From: Orbicella franksi
Lineage: Eukaryota
Direction of reading: 5' to 3'
Length of the DNA: 64,000 nucleotides
NCBI GenBank assembly: GCA_964199315.1
Contig: OZ116699.1
Span: 18,972,001-19,036,000, forward strand
This document shows, piece after piece, positions 25,639 to 53,452 of this stretch. Made by a program: the position numbers and the translations under genes. Position 1 is the first letter of the stretch. Each line of letters begins with the position of its first letter. Below the pieces are notes generated by a model that was given only the letters and a program-made list of their open reading frames with translations, did not search any database and was not told the DNA's origin.

Positions 25639-25932
25639 CCGCCCACGAACTAAAGCCATATCTGTGTTATTGTGATTTGTGACGTCACTAACACGCCCCT
25701 TCGCTGGATTTGCTTCGCTTGATATTTACGTTTTCCTCGTTCGCGTTGTGCGTGGTAAGGAAAAACGGTCAAAACGATAACCCGTGTACCTTAGGATTAC
25801 TCTAAACCTTCGACTGATGTATAGCTAATACCGATTGCGAAATTTTCCACGTTCGAAGTGCAGTCTGTTTATCTGTTTATTAAAACGCCATATTGCTTGC
25901 TGAAGACAGTCTCTCTCAATGTGACTTCCGGT
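25639..25932 (-). promoter_or_regulatory. Putative Sprouty promoter: GC box (25639-25644), palindromic CRE GTGACGTCAC (25679-25688), ETS site ACCGGAAGT (25924-25932)
   Basis: Motifs read directly from the sequence, just upstream of the CpG-rich predicted first exon. Sprouty is an established ERK-induced gene. Confidence 0.55.
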
Positions 25933-28900
25933 TTCATTCTGGTCAGAACAAAGGCTGCAGACAAAGGGTTTGTTCGTGTGTCTTTAGATTTACATAATGA
26001 ACATACTAAACATATTCTGCAAATTGCTTAAAAGTCCAGAGAGGTTTATCATGTCTTGCCTGTGAGCTGGTTCAGTTGAGTCTTGTACCGGTTTTCGTCG
26101 ATTTTTGCGTTTCTTTTTAGGGTTCTCAGTTAACGACGCGTTTTCCTTTCAGCTGTCAACTTTTTGAAAACATTTTTCTTGCATTAATTTTGCGATCAAG
26201 TTTGACGGCGACAGGAGGTTGGATGTTTGTATTTCTTTCTTTGCTTTGTACGTGCGGTAAGAGAAACTACAGGACTGGATCTAGCCTTTAAGACACTTGA
26301 TATGGATGTAATTGATGACCCACGTTTGGGGGGGTTCCAGTCGCCCTTAATGAACATCAACCACTATGCCATCAAAACCCTTCACTTCCGATGTCAGTTT
26401 CCGATTTGTGTGATGGGATTTAAGCTGACAACTGTGTCTGTCGAGAAACGAGCAAGCACTCGAGAAAAGCGACTGCGAAATTAGAAAAATCCAATATGTC
26501 AACTTTCAATAGATTTAATCATCTGGTGGAGCGCTTTGAAGTCAGGCGCATGCAGATGAGAACAGACCGTCATTTCAAGTCCGGTAACCCAACACTTGAA
26601 AGTGGCGTATTGGCCCGGAGGGATGTATGAATATTAGATGCCTTGAGATCTGCTCTAAGGCTAGCGTTTGGGAAAGCAACTAAGCCTTTACAATCCTTCT
26701 TTCCTTGACTTGGGAAAGAGAAAAAGGAATTTTGTTTAGAAAATGTCCAGTTATTTACCAACGTTTTCAAACAACCAAAGAAAACGATATTGCTTGACTT
26801 TCACAACTGAAAAAGAACAATATACACATTTGCATCTCCATAAACAATATAGTTTCCGGTCGTCAGCTTTCTCGCTTTTTTCCAGTACGTTCTTCGAGAT
26901 ATTTACTTTCGATCAGGTTAGAGCCTAATGCAATTTTCTAAACGTGATCGTAGACTTCTTAAACAGATTTTGCTTCAACCGGGCCGATCTCTTTTCTAAA
27001 ACTGCCGAAAAACCGAGTCCTTTGCACTTCAAAAGGAACCGAAAGTGCCAAAATGTAATTATGGCTCAAGAAGAGTGTCCGCGTCTTTGTTAGGGGTTTC
27101 CTGCTTTGTCCATAGGTCTATTTTCCTTCAAAACAAACACCTGCTTAGGGGTTCGTGACGTTGAATTAACGCCAGCAATCTCGTTGCCAATTATTTTGCG
27201 TCTCCGCGAAGCTGAGCTGCGAAGGAATGCCACTGTGTGTACACAAGCAAATTAAATTCAGGCGACCAAATGCGACAGAACTTGATTCAGCAAACATGGG
27301 GGGCTTTTATGAATCAACTGGGATGACAGTTTGGATGAATCGTAATTTCAGAGCCGCGGGGAGCGTAAAATAATAATTGCTTGTGCGTGATACACTAAGC
27401 GCCCGACCAAATAACATGCAAATTTTATTTTCGTTATTTGTGGATACACAGGGTACCCAGACTATGGTAACAACTTTCTCTGGAGAACGAACAGACAGAG
27501 AAATTGGTGATAAAAAAGATAAACTGTAGGCTTTCCCTACCGACGTGAAGATTTCATTAAAGCCGATTCTCGCGTGTTTTCTCATACTCATTTCAATATC
27601 TTTCACCATTTACGATACTTATCGTTTCTTTTACTGCAAATGAAAGTCGAAATGAAAGAATTTTGGAATCAGTGGGAAGCATACGCCACTGATAGAGCCA
27701 CTTCGTACTTTTGTTGTTCGCCTTCAATAAGAAAAACACAACTGTACGAGATATATTTCTTATTTAGATAGATATCATAGTTATACAGGCTAGTCATACG
27801 AATATCCTGTGAAATGTTCCTCTTCTTGTAAATCAAAGGTGATACCTGGCTTATGCACGACCCAGAGCACAAATACCAGGTGCGTATTCAATAACCCAGT
27901 GAATTAATCCTAATTTTCTATTGGAAGACTCGTGCACGATAAAGAACCAAATAGACATTGAGCTCTATTGAGACCATCATTAAACCAACCTGCCAATTTG
28001 CCTGTCTCAGTTTCTTACGTTGAAAGAGTAGAAGTGTCTTGGGCTTGTTTGGAAGATTTTTTTCCTTATTTAACCTTTTATTCTTATTTAACCTTTTATT
28101 CTAGAGAGATAACACTCTTTAAGGATCTGTAGAGGTCGATTTACATGTATAATTTAAGTCGATGACATTAAAACTTGCCAGACTGAAAAATACTATGATC
28201 TATTGTAACTGCATGACTACAGCCAATTGTCTCAAAATGTTGTTTGACATAGCTCAGAAGAACCCGTTGAAGGAAAAACAAATTGGATTGAAAAAGACAT
28301 GAATAGGGTTATGATAAGTGAGCACTGAAATATCTAATCCGAGATCCGTGAAGCCAGAACAAAATTAAAAGCGATCGTGTAGGGTAATACAGATTGAACT
28401 CAAAATCTTTGCAAAGCAAGTATACAACTAGGCAGTTAATTTCATTCATATCAACACAAAGTGGAAGCTTATTGACGAGGAGATAAGTGGCATAAAACAT
28501 CCGATAAAACAAGTGTTTATAGGAAGTAGACAAGGCATGGACAATTTTCTTAACACGACGACGTAAGGCCAGGAAATAAGCAATTTTTTGTCTTTTTAAT
28601 ACACCACAGACGTTTTCATAGCACGTCTTAATTAGTTGATGTAAAGGATTTATTTTATCAAGTTACTTATTTGTGTACTGCCGTTTTCGATCCTTCCGGA
28701 TTTTCAAGTTCTTAAAATTTTTTTCAGCGATTAAAGTTTATAGAATGTTCCATGGTATGAAACATGATCAAGTAACATGTAGAAGACGTGCCCTTGTAGT
28801 TTAGTGGATCAGGCGTTACGTAATGCAAGGACGACTTAAGATGAGAGGTTAAAGTTCTTTTTCTCTTCTCTTGTTCTCACTGATCTCTGCTTCTAATGAG

Positions 28901-31900
28901 TTCTCTCAGCATTGCGCATGGCTGTGTCGACGATCAGTCTGTCGTTCAAGCCGCTGAAGGACTTGTCTCGCTGCGGCAGAATTCTTACTTTTTGCCACTA
29001 ACTTGAGTTAGGAAATATTCTTTCATGGTCTTGATTTCTGTTAAGGTCTCGTGAGTTTAACAACAGTAAAACCTCCACAACTCAGTACATCTAGATCTCA
29101 GTAGAAGTTAAAGCAGTTTGAGTCAAACGAAAATCGTTTCCGTGACTTTGATTGTCTCAAAGGCATTGCCAGTCAAGTAATCGCCTCATTTAGAAGTTAA
29201 AAGACTAAGGGTCTTATCACAGTTAAGAACAGATGTCGAGTACCAGATTTGTACTGGCTTTGTAACACAAACACCGGCGGCATATTGGATTATCAAACAC
29301 AGGAGATTTATCGCAACGATATTCACCGCAACCCAAGAGCAAAACTTAAACAAATTCCTTTGGCTCTAAAACATCTTGTTCACGCAAGGGAATTTGTGTA
29401 ACGTCTACCGAATCGAGTGATGATTCTGTATTCCTTGTTCGTACGTTTGTCAGAGCTTGTTAAGGTGGCACTCCAAGACACTACAGCTTTCTCAGTGATC
29501 ATACTCAATGTGTCCTCATTAAGTACTCGAGATATTTGCTTTGCTCTTTTTTTCTAGTACCGACTTTAAACAAACACCGAATTGCGCATGGCACGCCCTG
29601 ATTTCTCGAGCAAAGTATCCGTAAAATTGAATTATGTCAGTCAAAAACAGCTACGAACAAGAAATCAACGACGTACAGCCAAGGCAGGGCTTTTGTCAAG
29701 AAACAGCCAGTCAGATAGACTTATGTAATCGACATTAAAATATTGCCGGACTTACTGGTGTGGTTAACAAGTCGTCAAGTAATTATAAATAAGTCCAAAC
29801 TGTCTCTGGTTGAACCTTTTATGACTGACAGACTGTAGCCCGTGGAACTGAAGTAAACAAATGAACAACCAAAGTGAACACAAGCAGTTCCTTGCTTATC
29901 TTTTTTATTTTTGTAAAAGAGTGATGCCAAATCCGCGCGCATGTTTTTACCTGCGGTGCTAAACTATGACAACAACCTTATTTCCACTCGTATATTGTAA
30001 ATTAACGTTGTTCAACAGCCAAAGTACATTTTTTCAGTCATAGTTAATTACTTTTGGTTTGTCAGTTCAGCAGTTGCAAGCTTCTGTTGTGGATCTCCTT
30101 ACCTCTATCTGTCTGTTGTTTTTTTATCAGTTGTCTGTCTAAGTGTTTTGTCCTGATATTTATTTGTTTGTGTGTGTGCTTTTTTAGTAGCTTAGTAGTT
30201 AAATTCAATCTCTGAATATATAGACTTTTCTCTAACTGATTGTTCTTTTGTTTATTAATGTTTTTAATTCATTTCAGTGGTCTTCAGTCCTGCAAACTGC
30301 GAACTGTCTGGCTGAAGTTTTTGGCCTATTCCCGTGTCTCTTTATCACATTGTGACCCTTTCAGTAATATAGTCAGAGCTGGCTATCATACAGTCTAATA
30401 TATGGGCGTCGATATAAACCTCGTTTCTGTAGAGTAACTTCTTTTCCTATTTTGCTGGTTTGTCTGATTGTTTGTTTGTTTGTTTAGCTGTTTTGTTAGC
30501 TCAGGTCTGATATCCATGCTGTCCGATTTTACACTTTATTTTGCAGTTGCTAAAAACTGCGTTGATCCCTCTAGCTCTGGATTATGTCTGATAAAATTTA
30601 CATGCATATTTAGTTTTTAAACTTTATTGTGTTTATCTATTTCCTTGACTCCTCCTGTCTGATGTCTCCCAGATCTACCTGTTTTACGTATCTTTGTTTG
30701 TTTACATGTCTTCTCTAGCTTCAACGTTTCTCTTATATTCAGAGACAGCTCTACAGCGCCATGCATTATATAACTAAAAGTTGCAGTCATTTTTATTTTC
30801 CTTTGCACTTTGATTTCTTTACCAAGATGAGCTACCTGGCCCACTCGTTTCTGCAGCTGGAGAACTCACAGTACCCAGCAAATATCCCAACCCCAAAATA
30901 TGCACAGATTGTACCCTCTAATGTTCACTAAGGCTTGAAAAAGTCCACTTGGAAATGTTAAGCGACTCAGCGTTGAAGGAAGGAAACGCCTAGAAGCCTA
31001 TACTTGGGTTACGTTATTAGTGAATATAACCCAGGAGAATCATAAATTTCAGAAACAATGGGAAGTAAAACATCGAAGTGGCTTGAGCAAGAACTAGTCT
31101 GCGCATCTCACTAACTGCCTCTGCGCTTTGCTTCTCTCGCATTCTATCGAGGTCTCTCGGTTACAGTGTATATTAAATTGTAATAGTTCAAGAGACTAGA
31201 TCATAGTCTCTCGTGTGGTTTAAACATCAGTCAAACTAGAAGTAGTCCAAGCTTTTGTAACTTGAAAAAATCCATCCCTGGAAAACACTCGGCCTCTCCG
31301 ACTGCTTTGGGTACTGGCGAGCTCACTTAGTCCGTTTGAACTCTATAACAGGCAAACAAGTCTTTCAAACCGGATGAAGCTCAGTCAAAAATACCCGTCC
31401 GAAACAATTAAGAAAGGCCGTTATAACTCACTAGAATGCCATGAATATGGTCTAATCTAGCCTGGACGAGATTTAAACTGTCATAACTTGACTTCTGTCT
31501 GTCCGATTAAAAACAAGTTTGAGTGTATTTCTATGGGAAAATGAGGTCTTCGTTACTTAGATATACGCTCAGTCAATTACTATAGCTCTGTAAAATTATC
31601 TTTGTGAAGGAATACGCAATAATTCAGTGGCACTCAGATAAAGCAGTTGACGCAAGAACATGTATTCCGTGGGCCCAAGACTGGTCGGCCTACTTAAACA
31701 GTCTAAAAGGGGAAAGGAGCTAAAAGACTGCCAGCGCATCTTATACGACTATATAGATGACAAATTGATAAGAAACCATCTTGGCCACTAAGCCATGGCT
31801 AAAAGACGTTCAGTGAAAAATGACAGCGTACACTGCTCTGTTTCGAAGACGGTGGAACGTTTTAGGGTGTGGACGAGTTCAGGAACATGTACAACGATTG

Positions 31901-34900
31901 CCTCCTTACAAAACGTTTAAAATGATGAAAGACAGATGTAGAACACTGGCGTCTACAAGTAGCGTTAAAGGCGTATCTGTCCTTAAAGTGCACTTAACAT
32001 CGCCTGAGAATTTGCTGAAAGCTTTGTAAGTTGATCTTATTATCAATTACCTGAAAATATCTATAGGACTGTACTAAGAATTGTATCGCTTTGACTCTTG
32101 ACTGGAATGGAGTTTCAACTACTCCTTCTGCTTTCGTAAACATTGCGAGGGTCTGTTGAAAAGGTTCATCCTCCTTGGACGGTTTTCGAGATCTAAACAG
32201 ATTTGTGGTTTCCATGCTGCACTCACTCATGATTTTGATGTAGCCAATGGACACGGCGACATTCCATTCTACTGCATAGCTGAGCAAATCATTTCCACGA
32301 AAAGGGGCCATTCCAAAGCAACACACATTACTTATTAGTTTTGTCGGCAACTCAAATTAATTGTTATCTCTCGCTGATAGATAGTTTTATCAAATAATCA
32401 GTTAGAGTAATGTTTAGCTGGCAAAAGAATTGAATCAGTATAAACAGTGACAAGCAATTTTCTAAACTTACTGAATAAATGAGGCGGTATAACTTCTTTA
32501 ACTACTAAAATATCGTCCGCAATTCCTTTCTCTACTGCCATAATTAACTTCCCTTTCACACCTAAAGCGAATTTTGTCAGTCGACTTTTTTTCTTTATCA
32601 GCCAGCGTGTTCAGCTACAAAAACGAAAGTACTATAATTGCCAATACAGTTTAGCAATTAGTCATAAACTGATGATGATTGATGGAATCAACGGAGACAG
32701 AACTGTCGAGTAGAGACACTAGAGTACGTCTCAATATCGGTCAGTAACAAAATTAGTTACTGTTTCGACTCTGCTAGATATTTCCGTCGGACGGAAGAAG
32801 TTCACATTTCTGAGACATTTCAGTCGGAAGGGTTAGCATGCTAACTTAATCGATCCAACCTGAAACAGTACGAAAGAGTCTACGAACTGTTTAGGCGTTT
32901 TCCAGGCTTGAGCCGGGTGCAATTTCCTAAGTATACATGCATGCATGTGGCCAAGCTTCTAACTCTTTGATGGTACAATGTAACTTCTTCACGATTAATG
33001 ACCGAAAACGTTTCAAAACGGTTGGACTAGCTACTGGAAGCCTACTGTATCTTTACAATGGCTCGCCTTCTTAGAATCAAAGGATTAAGGCAATGCTTGT
33101 ATGCATGGTACTCTGAGTAGGTAATCCATTCCTCTGTATGTCCATTGTACGTCGACACCGGCGAAAAAGTCTGTCCTATCATCAGCAAAGGTATTAAATT
33201 CATGTAAATCCCGCTAGTGATTGTGTTGAAAGTCGACCCAAGGGCAAAAGTTGATTCGACACAGGGTTTCTTTCTGCTATACAGCTCAAGTATTCTTTCT
33301 TTGTTTTCGAAGAATGAAAATATCTCTTTTCTGACTGATGACACCTATGTGTTTTTATTCGCTTTTAAAGCCTCGCATTTTGTTTCGTTCACGAAGCAAC
33401 ACTCCCTGGCTCTCCGGCTTCACCGGGGATAGCTCAGTTTAGTGACGCGAATTTAGCTGCTGCTTCTGAACTTTTTCCGGCTGCATCTTATGCAACCTCT
33501 ATTCTTTCATCAAAGTTGGTAAAATGTGCGTCTGCCCTGCATGCGTGATCTGTGATTAACGTTTTCATCATTACTGCCACCCAATAAGCAAAATCTGTTA
33601 CATGGTTATGGACTTTGGGTCTCACAAAACCGACCAAACGACACCAGATTTCCGCTCTTTCGCGTCTACGAAGATCAGTTGCGCTTTCTTTGCAGCTTTG
33701 GTCAAAGTAGTGCATAAATTTCACGGTTAAAAAAAGATAAGGACTTCGATAACTTACCTTGCGTAAGTCTTGCTTGGTTGTTTATCTGGGTACTGTAATA
33801 TAAAGTGGCTACGCTCCTTTCTGCAAGCAGTTAGAAAACTTTACAGAAGGCTTTTGGACTAGTGCAGTCTTCCGTTCGTTCGCAGTGATTAACCCACGAC
33901 AACTCGCACAATACTTGATCGATTCATTGGTTGCCTAATTATGACATAAAAAGTTAGGAGACTTTTGTTTCAGCGAGTTAGGACCTTCGCCACAAAGAGC
34001 CCTATTCGACCGGAAGTTCGGTGAACAAAGACAAGCCGTGTACTGAGAGGCGGACTTTTCCCGCGCATTAATCACGCAAATTATCTGTGAACGAAGTTTA
34101 GCCAGAATGCACCTTAACCGGTGTCTAAAAATACCATATAGTCAAAGTTTTTCCATGCGTATCTGATGACGAAAAACATTGCCTTAAAAAACTAACCTTG
34201 TAGGTGCTGTGTGCTTAAAGTAAATTAGCTATCATTAGATCTTAAACGGGTAAACAACTCAGCTTTCCGAACGAGTTTTGAAAGTAATCAGGTGTGGTGC
34301 AAACGCAGCTCGTCTCGACTCTAAAGGAGAAGGGAGACATTAGAAAATGCGTGTTTAATGTTTAGCAGACTTCGTAGTCTTGCGCCCAATTTAGGGTTTA
34401 TCGTAGTTAAATCTTTATGGATGCATTTTCATAACTCCAATTAAAAGGCTCAGGTATTGTCTTTTCGAGACTATCAAGTAAATGAATTCAAGGCATTTCC
34501 TGTTAGATGGCGAGTATTAGTGCAAATTATATTTGTAATTATAGAACCAGAAAACCTTTTGGCGTTTTGTCAAAAGCGAAGCACTATCATTTTGCCTTCA
34601 ACAAAGTTCCAGTGTGACGTGCATTCGTTGTCCATGTTCATATCCTTTACAAAACCAAGTATATACCTTAACCATGAACCAGACCTCCCACTACATATTC
34701 ACTAGCTAACTTGCATTTGCCATTGTTTTGAGAACAAAACAAACTCGAGTTTCCTGTTTTTCTTACTTTCTTTGTCCCGTTTCCTGTTTATCTTACTGGC
34801 AAGACTTTACGCTCTACAGAGATTACTGACTTAACGGTTCCTCAACATGATTGAAAATTTCTGCGAGTTAATAATAACCCTTTGTTTTTTTTTATCTGTT

Positions 34901-35729
34901 GGGAAACAAAATTCGCTCATCCAAGTCCATTAATTTGATCAAAAGTTTCCCTTATTCGTAATTAAAAATCACGTGACCATACATGAAAATTGCCCAACAA
35001 GCAATTGCTTCAACATTAAATCAATATGTGCAGTAGTTGAAATCTTGCTCACTTCTTTGAGAGCCAAGAATTATTGCAAAAAATTTTATAGCCAGTTATG
35101 ATGAGCCAGTTATTATTAGTATGAGCATTTTTTCTGATCAAAACTCCGGACCTGGCAAGGGTGAATATTTCGTTCAACCCCTGTTAATTAATTGGGAGGT
35201 GTCAGAGAGATGGAGGGCGGTTCAACCTTGTTATACGAGACTTATAAGAGACAGAGACATGCCAAAATCTTAAAGAATGCACTGAAATTGTATTCAAGTC
35301 ATTTGACAATTGAGAGAGTAATTAAATTTTCCCTTTGCTGCTGTTGAAATTGGCAAAAACGTAACACGACAACAATTTAGCTAATTTTTTTCGTGGCGTA
35401 CCTGTAAACTAGCTTTTTAGCTAAGCGTACCGACCACGTTAAATATATTGATTGATTGATTCTAACATGCCGGAACCCTCTCAGGCATTGTTTGACGACT
35501 GTGACGTTAGAAACGTGAACTACATGAGTGGTTTCCTACTCATGCTAAAGTTCAAATCTTGTGAAAAGGAATATTGTGGAAAGGAATGTTCTTACAAATA
35601 AGTGAAAGCGTTGGATAAGAGGGATACACGAGACAAAAAGTCTTGGGCGCTGGTCTGTTCCGGATTTAGTGCAAGAAATACTGCAGCTTCGGCAAAGGTT
35701 GTCCTACAGAGGCGTAAAAACCATGCGTA

Positions 35730-35925
35730 ACAATGCCGATAGGCATTATGAGTAGTGATAGTTTATCTTGGCTTGCATGATTGAAGCTTATGGTGTTTCG
35801 GTAAGAACGAAGGAAAGGGCATGAATACCCGTATTTGTGTTGTCTTCTTCAATGACGCTAAAACACCACGAGCATCGATCGAACAACAATGAAACACCAT
35901 TACCCATAATACCTTTCGACATTGT
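35730..35925 (+). repeat. Fold-back element copy A (unassigned three-copy family)
   Basis: Imperfect terminal inverted motifs ACAATGCCGATAGGCATTATGAGTAGT / CATTACCCATAATACCTTTCGACATTGT and internal GCATGAATACCCGT. Homologous to 56017-56307 and 59689-59872. Confidence 0.7.
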
Positions 35926-37293
35926 GTTGCACGCTTTCTAGAAACAGCTGTATACGCACCAGAACTCACTCAAGCTTCACTTAGAGTGTGAATAAAACAA
36001 TTTGAAATTCAAGGCTTGTACTACGGAAATTGGGAGATTCATGACCAACGTTTCCACTACAGTAGTAGTGCGGGTGCTAAAGTTCTCTACGCCCCTGAGC
36101 GCCAGCGCTACAGGGACATAGATCTAGCTAACGGTCTAAAATTCAGTTACAACAATGCAGATGTATGTGTACATGAACATATACGAAATAGAAGTTATCA
36201 CTAAACAAACCTCTTCTTGCAAAGTGAATGAAGAGAAGGTATGTAAGAGTAGCGGTGAACAATCAGTTCAGGGTGACCCTTCAAAAACAGCAAATTCCAA
36301 CTAGAAGGACTCCCTCGGAAACACTGTAGACCTGTCCATCAAATGTTTGGTTGGTGATTGTCAGAAACGGGAAAAGACTTGGTATTGTGCATGAGCTTTT
36401 GCTTCCCATGTCACTGGTGGTCACGTGATTCTGATCTGATCCCGTCTCACGTGCGCCAAACTGACAGGTGGAAGGGGATTGGCTGAAAGTAACCCTGTGG
36501 CTTGTTTCCTTTTTATTTAACCTTCTTGACTCCAAAGAACCCTTTCTTCCCAAACTAGGCTCTCGCCCGCCAGGTCATTTTTCTCAAATTCTTCGATCTG
36601 ACATTAATAAAACTGTTTGGCTGTCAGTGAGAATAAACATGGACTTGAAGCTGATAAGATTAAGGTACGCACATATGGTGCAACTCTGTGCGTTGAACTA
36701 CATGTAAATTTTCCTCTGGGTATAACAAAGTAGATATGTCCACTAACGTTGCGGGAAATTTCGTGGCACAACCGCACAATCATCATTTATTTCACGGTTT
36801 CTGGTTATTCAATTTTCTGAAATCGGTACAGAATGTGTGCTGATTGAGAGGAATCGGTAGTAGTAAAATGGAGTGAAGAAATAGGTGTGAACACAGGGGA
36901 GTGGTGGGAGTAAGCGAAATCTTTTCTTTCCATTGTTGTTCTCTTTGGCTGTGATTGATGTATTCATGTGAAAATTCCAGTATAACACGAAAAGAATTTT
37001 TATCTTTCCCGACCTCTAATCATCAGCCATTTAATCATGTTTACTGTACCAAAAAAACAAATGCTTGTCTATAAAAGTAAATTTATTTAATATATTCGAT
37101 ATAATAGATCTATTTGTCAGTGCTTATTCTCCTTATTTGTAGAAGAAAGACACTAATGTTTCAGCCCTCTGTACAAAAGCATCAGTTATTTCTTCTTTTC
37201 AGCTTTTCCTTCGCCTTTTGCAGACTCCACATTTTAAAAGCACTTTAACCATCTCTCAAGTAACTCGGTATAATGTTTTTCCAACACTGCAGA

Positions 37294-37481
37294 AATAGGC
37301 CATTTCTGAGTTACCTTTTGCCTCTATTTCAAAACGAGTCTTCTTGCAAAACCTTTCATATGAAAATTAGTTTGATTTGCATGAAAATGAAGCTGTAGGC
37401 CAAACGCATTTTCATGTGAATGGTTTCGCACGTAGACTCGTTTTGATACTGCGGCTTAAGGCGACTCGGAAATGGGCAATT
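37294..37481. mobile_element. MITE just 3' of the FGFR stop (partial second copy about 11614-11656)
   Basis: TIRs AATAGGCCATTTCTGAGTTACCT / AGGCGACTCGGAAATGGGCAATT plus an internal inverted pair AAAACGAGTCT / AGACTCGTTTT. Confidence 0.8.
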
Positions 37482-37779
37482 GATTAACATTTCTGCGTTA
37501 GTTAGAAGAATGTTTTTCGTTTTAACTCGGTTTATTATCGTAGTTGACTAATTTTCAGTATATTTTCGAACAATATCTATGCTGGCTTGTTGTACAGTAC
37601 ATCACTGAGAGGATCTTCTCGGATAGTCTTCGTGTTACAGTCCTTGAATACTTTGTTTCCATATTTGTGCACAACCCGCAAAATACTTGTGCGAGAACCA
37701 TAGATCAGGATCGCGTGACTGTGATTATTCGCGTGACTCCGGTTCGCGTGACTCCACAATTACTTCATACCACTTGCGT

Positions 37780-52233
<14,454 letters not shown>

Positions 52234-53312
52234 CTTAAAGCGAGCGGTTTCCTCCCTTTCTTGATCTTAGCCCTCTTGATTTCTTCCTCAGCGAGGTTAA
52301 GTCCAATAACGAAGTCACAATCCAGTGAAATATTCGGCAGCGGCGTTCGTCAATCTGTCATAATGAATATCACAGTGTTAGAAGGACAAATGTTTCGTTC
52401 GCAACTCCTGATAGCGAGTCAATTGTAGTAACTAGCTCGCCGCAGTGTTATGAGACATGACTCGCTCACTTCTCTGGAAACACTCATGAATTATGAATGC
52501 ATCGGCATCTTCAAAATGTCACGTTCCCAGTTATTTACTCTTGGGTTATTGGGCATTAGACATGAGCTAACTTTGTAGTGGCCGAACAATACTTGACGAA
52601 GAAAATCGCAGCGTAACTGATCGCGCCCTAGACTTTAACGCGTTGTTGTGTCAAACAGACGGACAACACACAAATCGAGTTGAAGGGAGAAGAGGAAATG
52701 AAATACTTCGACTTCCTGCGAAGTCTACTGCTGATAAACAAGACAAAATTAACATACCTGGAAAAACTCTGTTCCTGAACATAGATTACACGGCGCAACA
52801 ATTCGATTTCCAAAATCGTTTTGCGAATTCTAGGAAGTGTCGAGGGGTAATTTAGGTCGCTTACGAAGTTGTTGATTGTCCACACTTGGACGAATTCAAT
52901 AATCGACCTCTTAGGTGCAGTCAACTGAACAATGATCACGAATTACCCTCGCATTGACAGCGGTCAGATGCACTCGTGCTGAGATAACACGCCGAGTAAC
53001 TTCCGGTGACAGAAAACCTCTCCATGCCACCCCTGCGGTGTTTAGTGAATGCGCTGTTCACTTTACTTTGGCTCCCACAGGCTACAACTTTAAAGAATAC
53101 TAAAGTAGTATAGAGATCCAACAGAGCTAAAGAACATCGTTGAGCGCGAGACATAGGGGTTTTCGTACGCGCAAAAACCGTTTTGGAGTTTGCGAAGTTC
53201 CGAGGCGTGGGTACGAGCATGTCCCGAGAGGGCTGCCCCTTTCCAGAAGGTTCGTTCCTGATGCATGACAAGCTCTTGTTTGCAGTTAGTGATGCGCTTA
53301 ACAACTGCTTAC

Positions 53313-53452
53313 GAATATAGCAGCTTCAGAACAAAAGACTTCGGGCATCTTGATACAAAAAGCTTTTTCAAGAGATCAATTATCCACAACCCATTGTTGT
53401 GCAAAAAGCCAAATAGTATATAAAGCCAAGAGGCTCAGAGCTATTAGCCAAT
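53313..53452 (-). promoter_or_regulatory. Candidate FGFR core promoter and first non-coding exon
   Basis: CCAAT at 53448-53452, TATA-like tract 53417-53424, minus-strand donor TTC|GTAAGC (exon end 53313) and a possible acceptor at 52355-52356 ahead of the signal exon. Prediction only. Confidence 0.3.

Noticed and set aside
28900-29600. Possible decayed reverse-transcriptase fragments
   Set aside because: Only scattered short resemblances in different frames; no YxDD motif in context.
31820-33724. ORFs of 60-118 aa between Sprouty and FGFR (31994..32350, 33042..33344, 33488..33724)
   Set aside because: No recognisable domain and no phase-consistent exon chain; lengths are within chance. A hidden or decayed gene cannot be excluded.
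36016-36553. Protein-like ORFs 36016..36204 and 36281..36553
   Set aside because: No family recognised and no supporting neighbouring exons.
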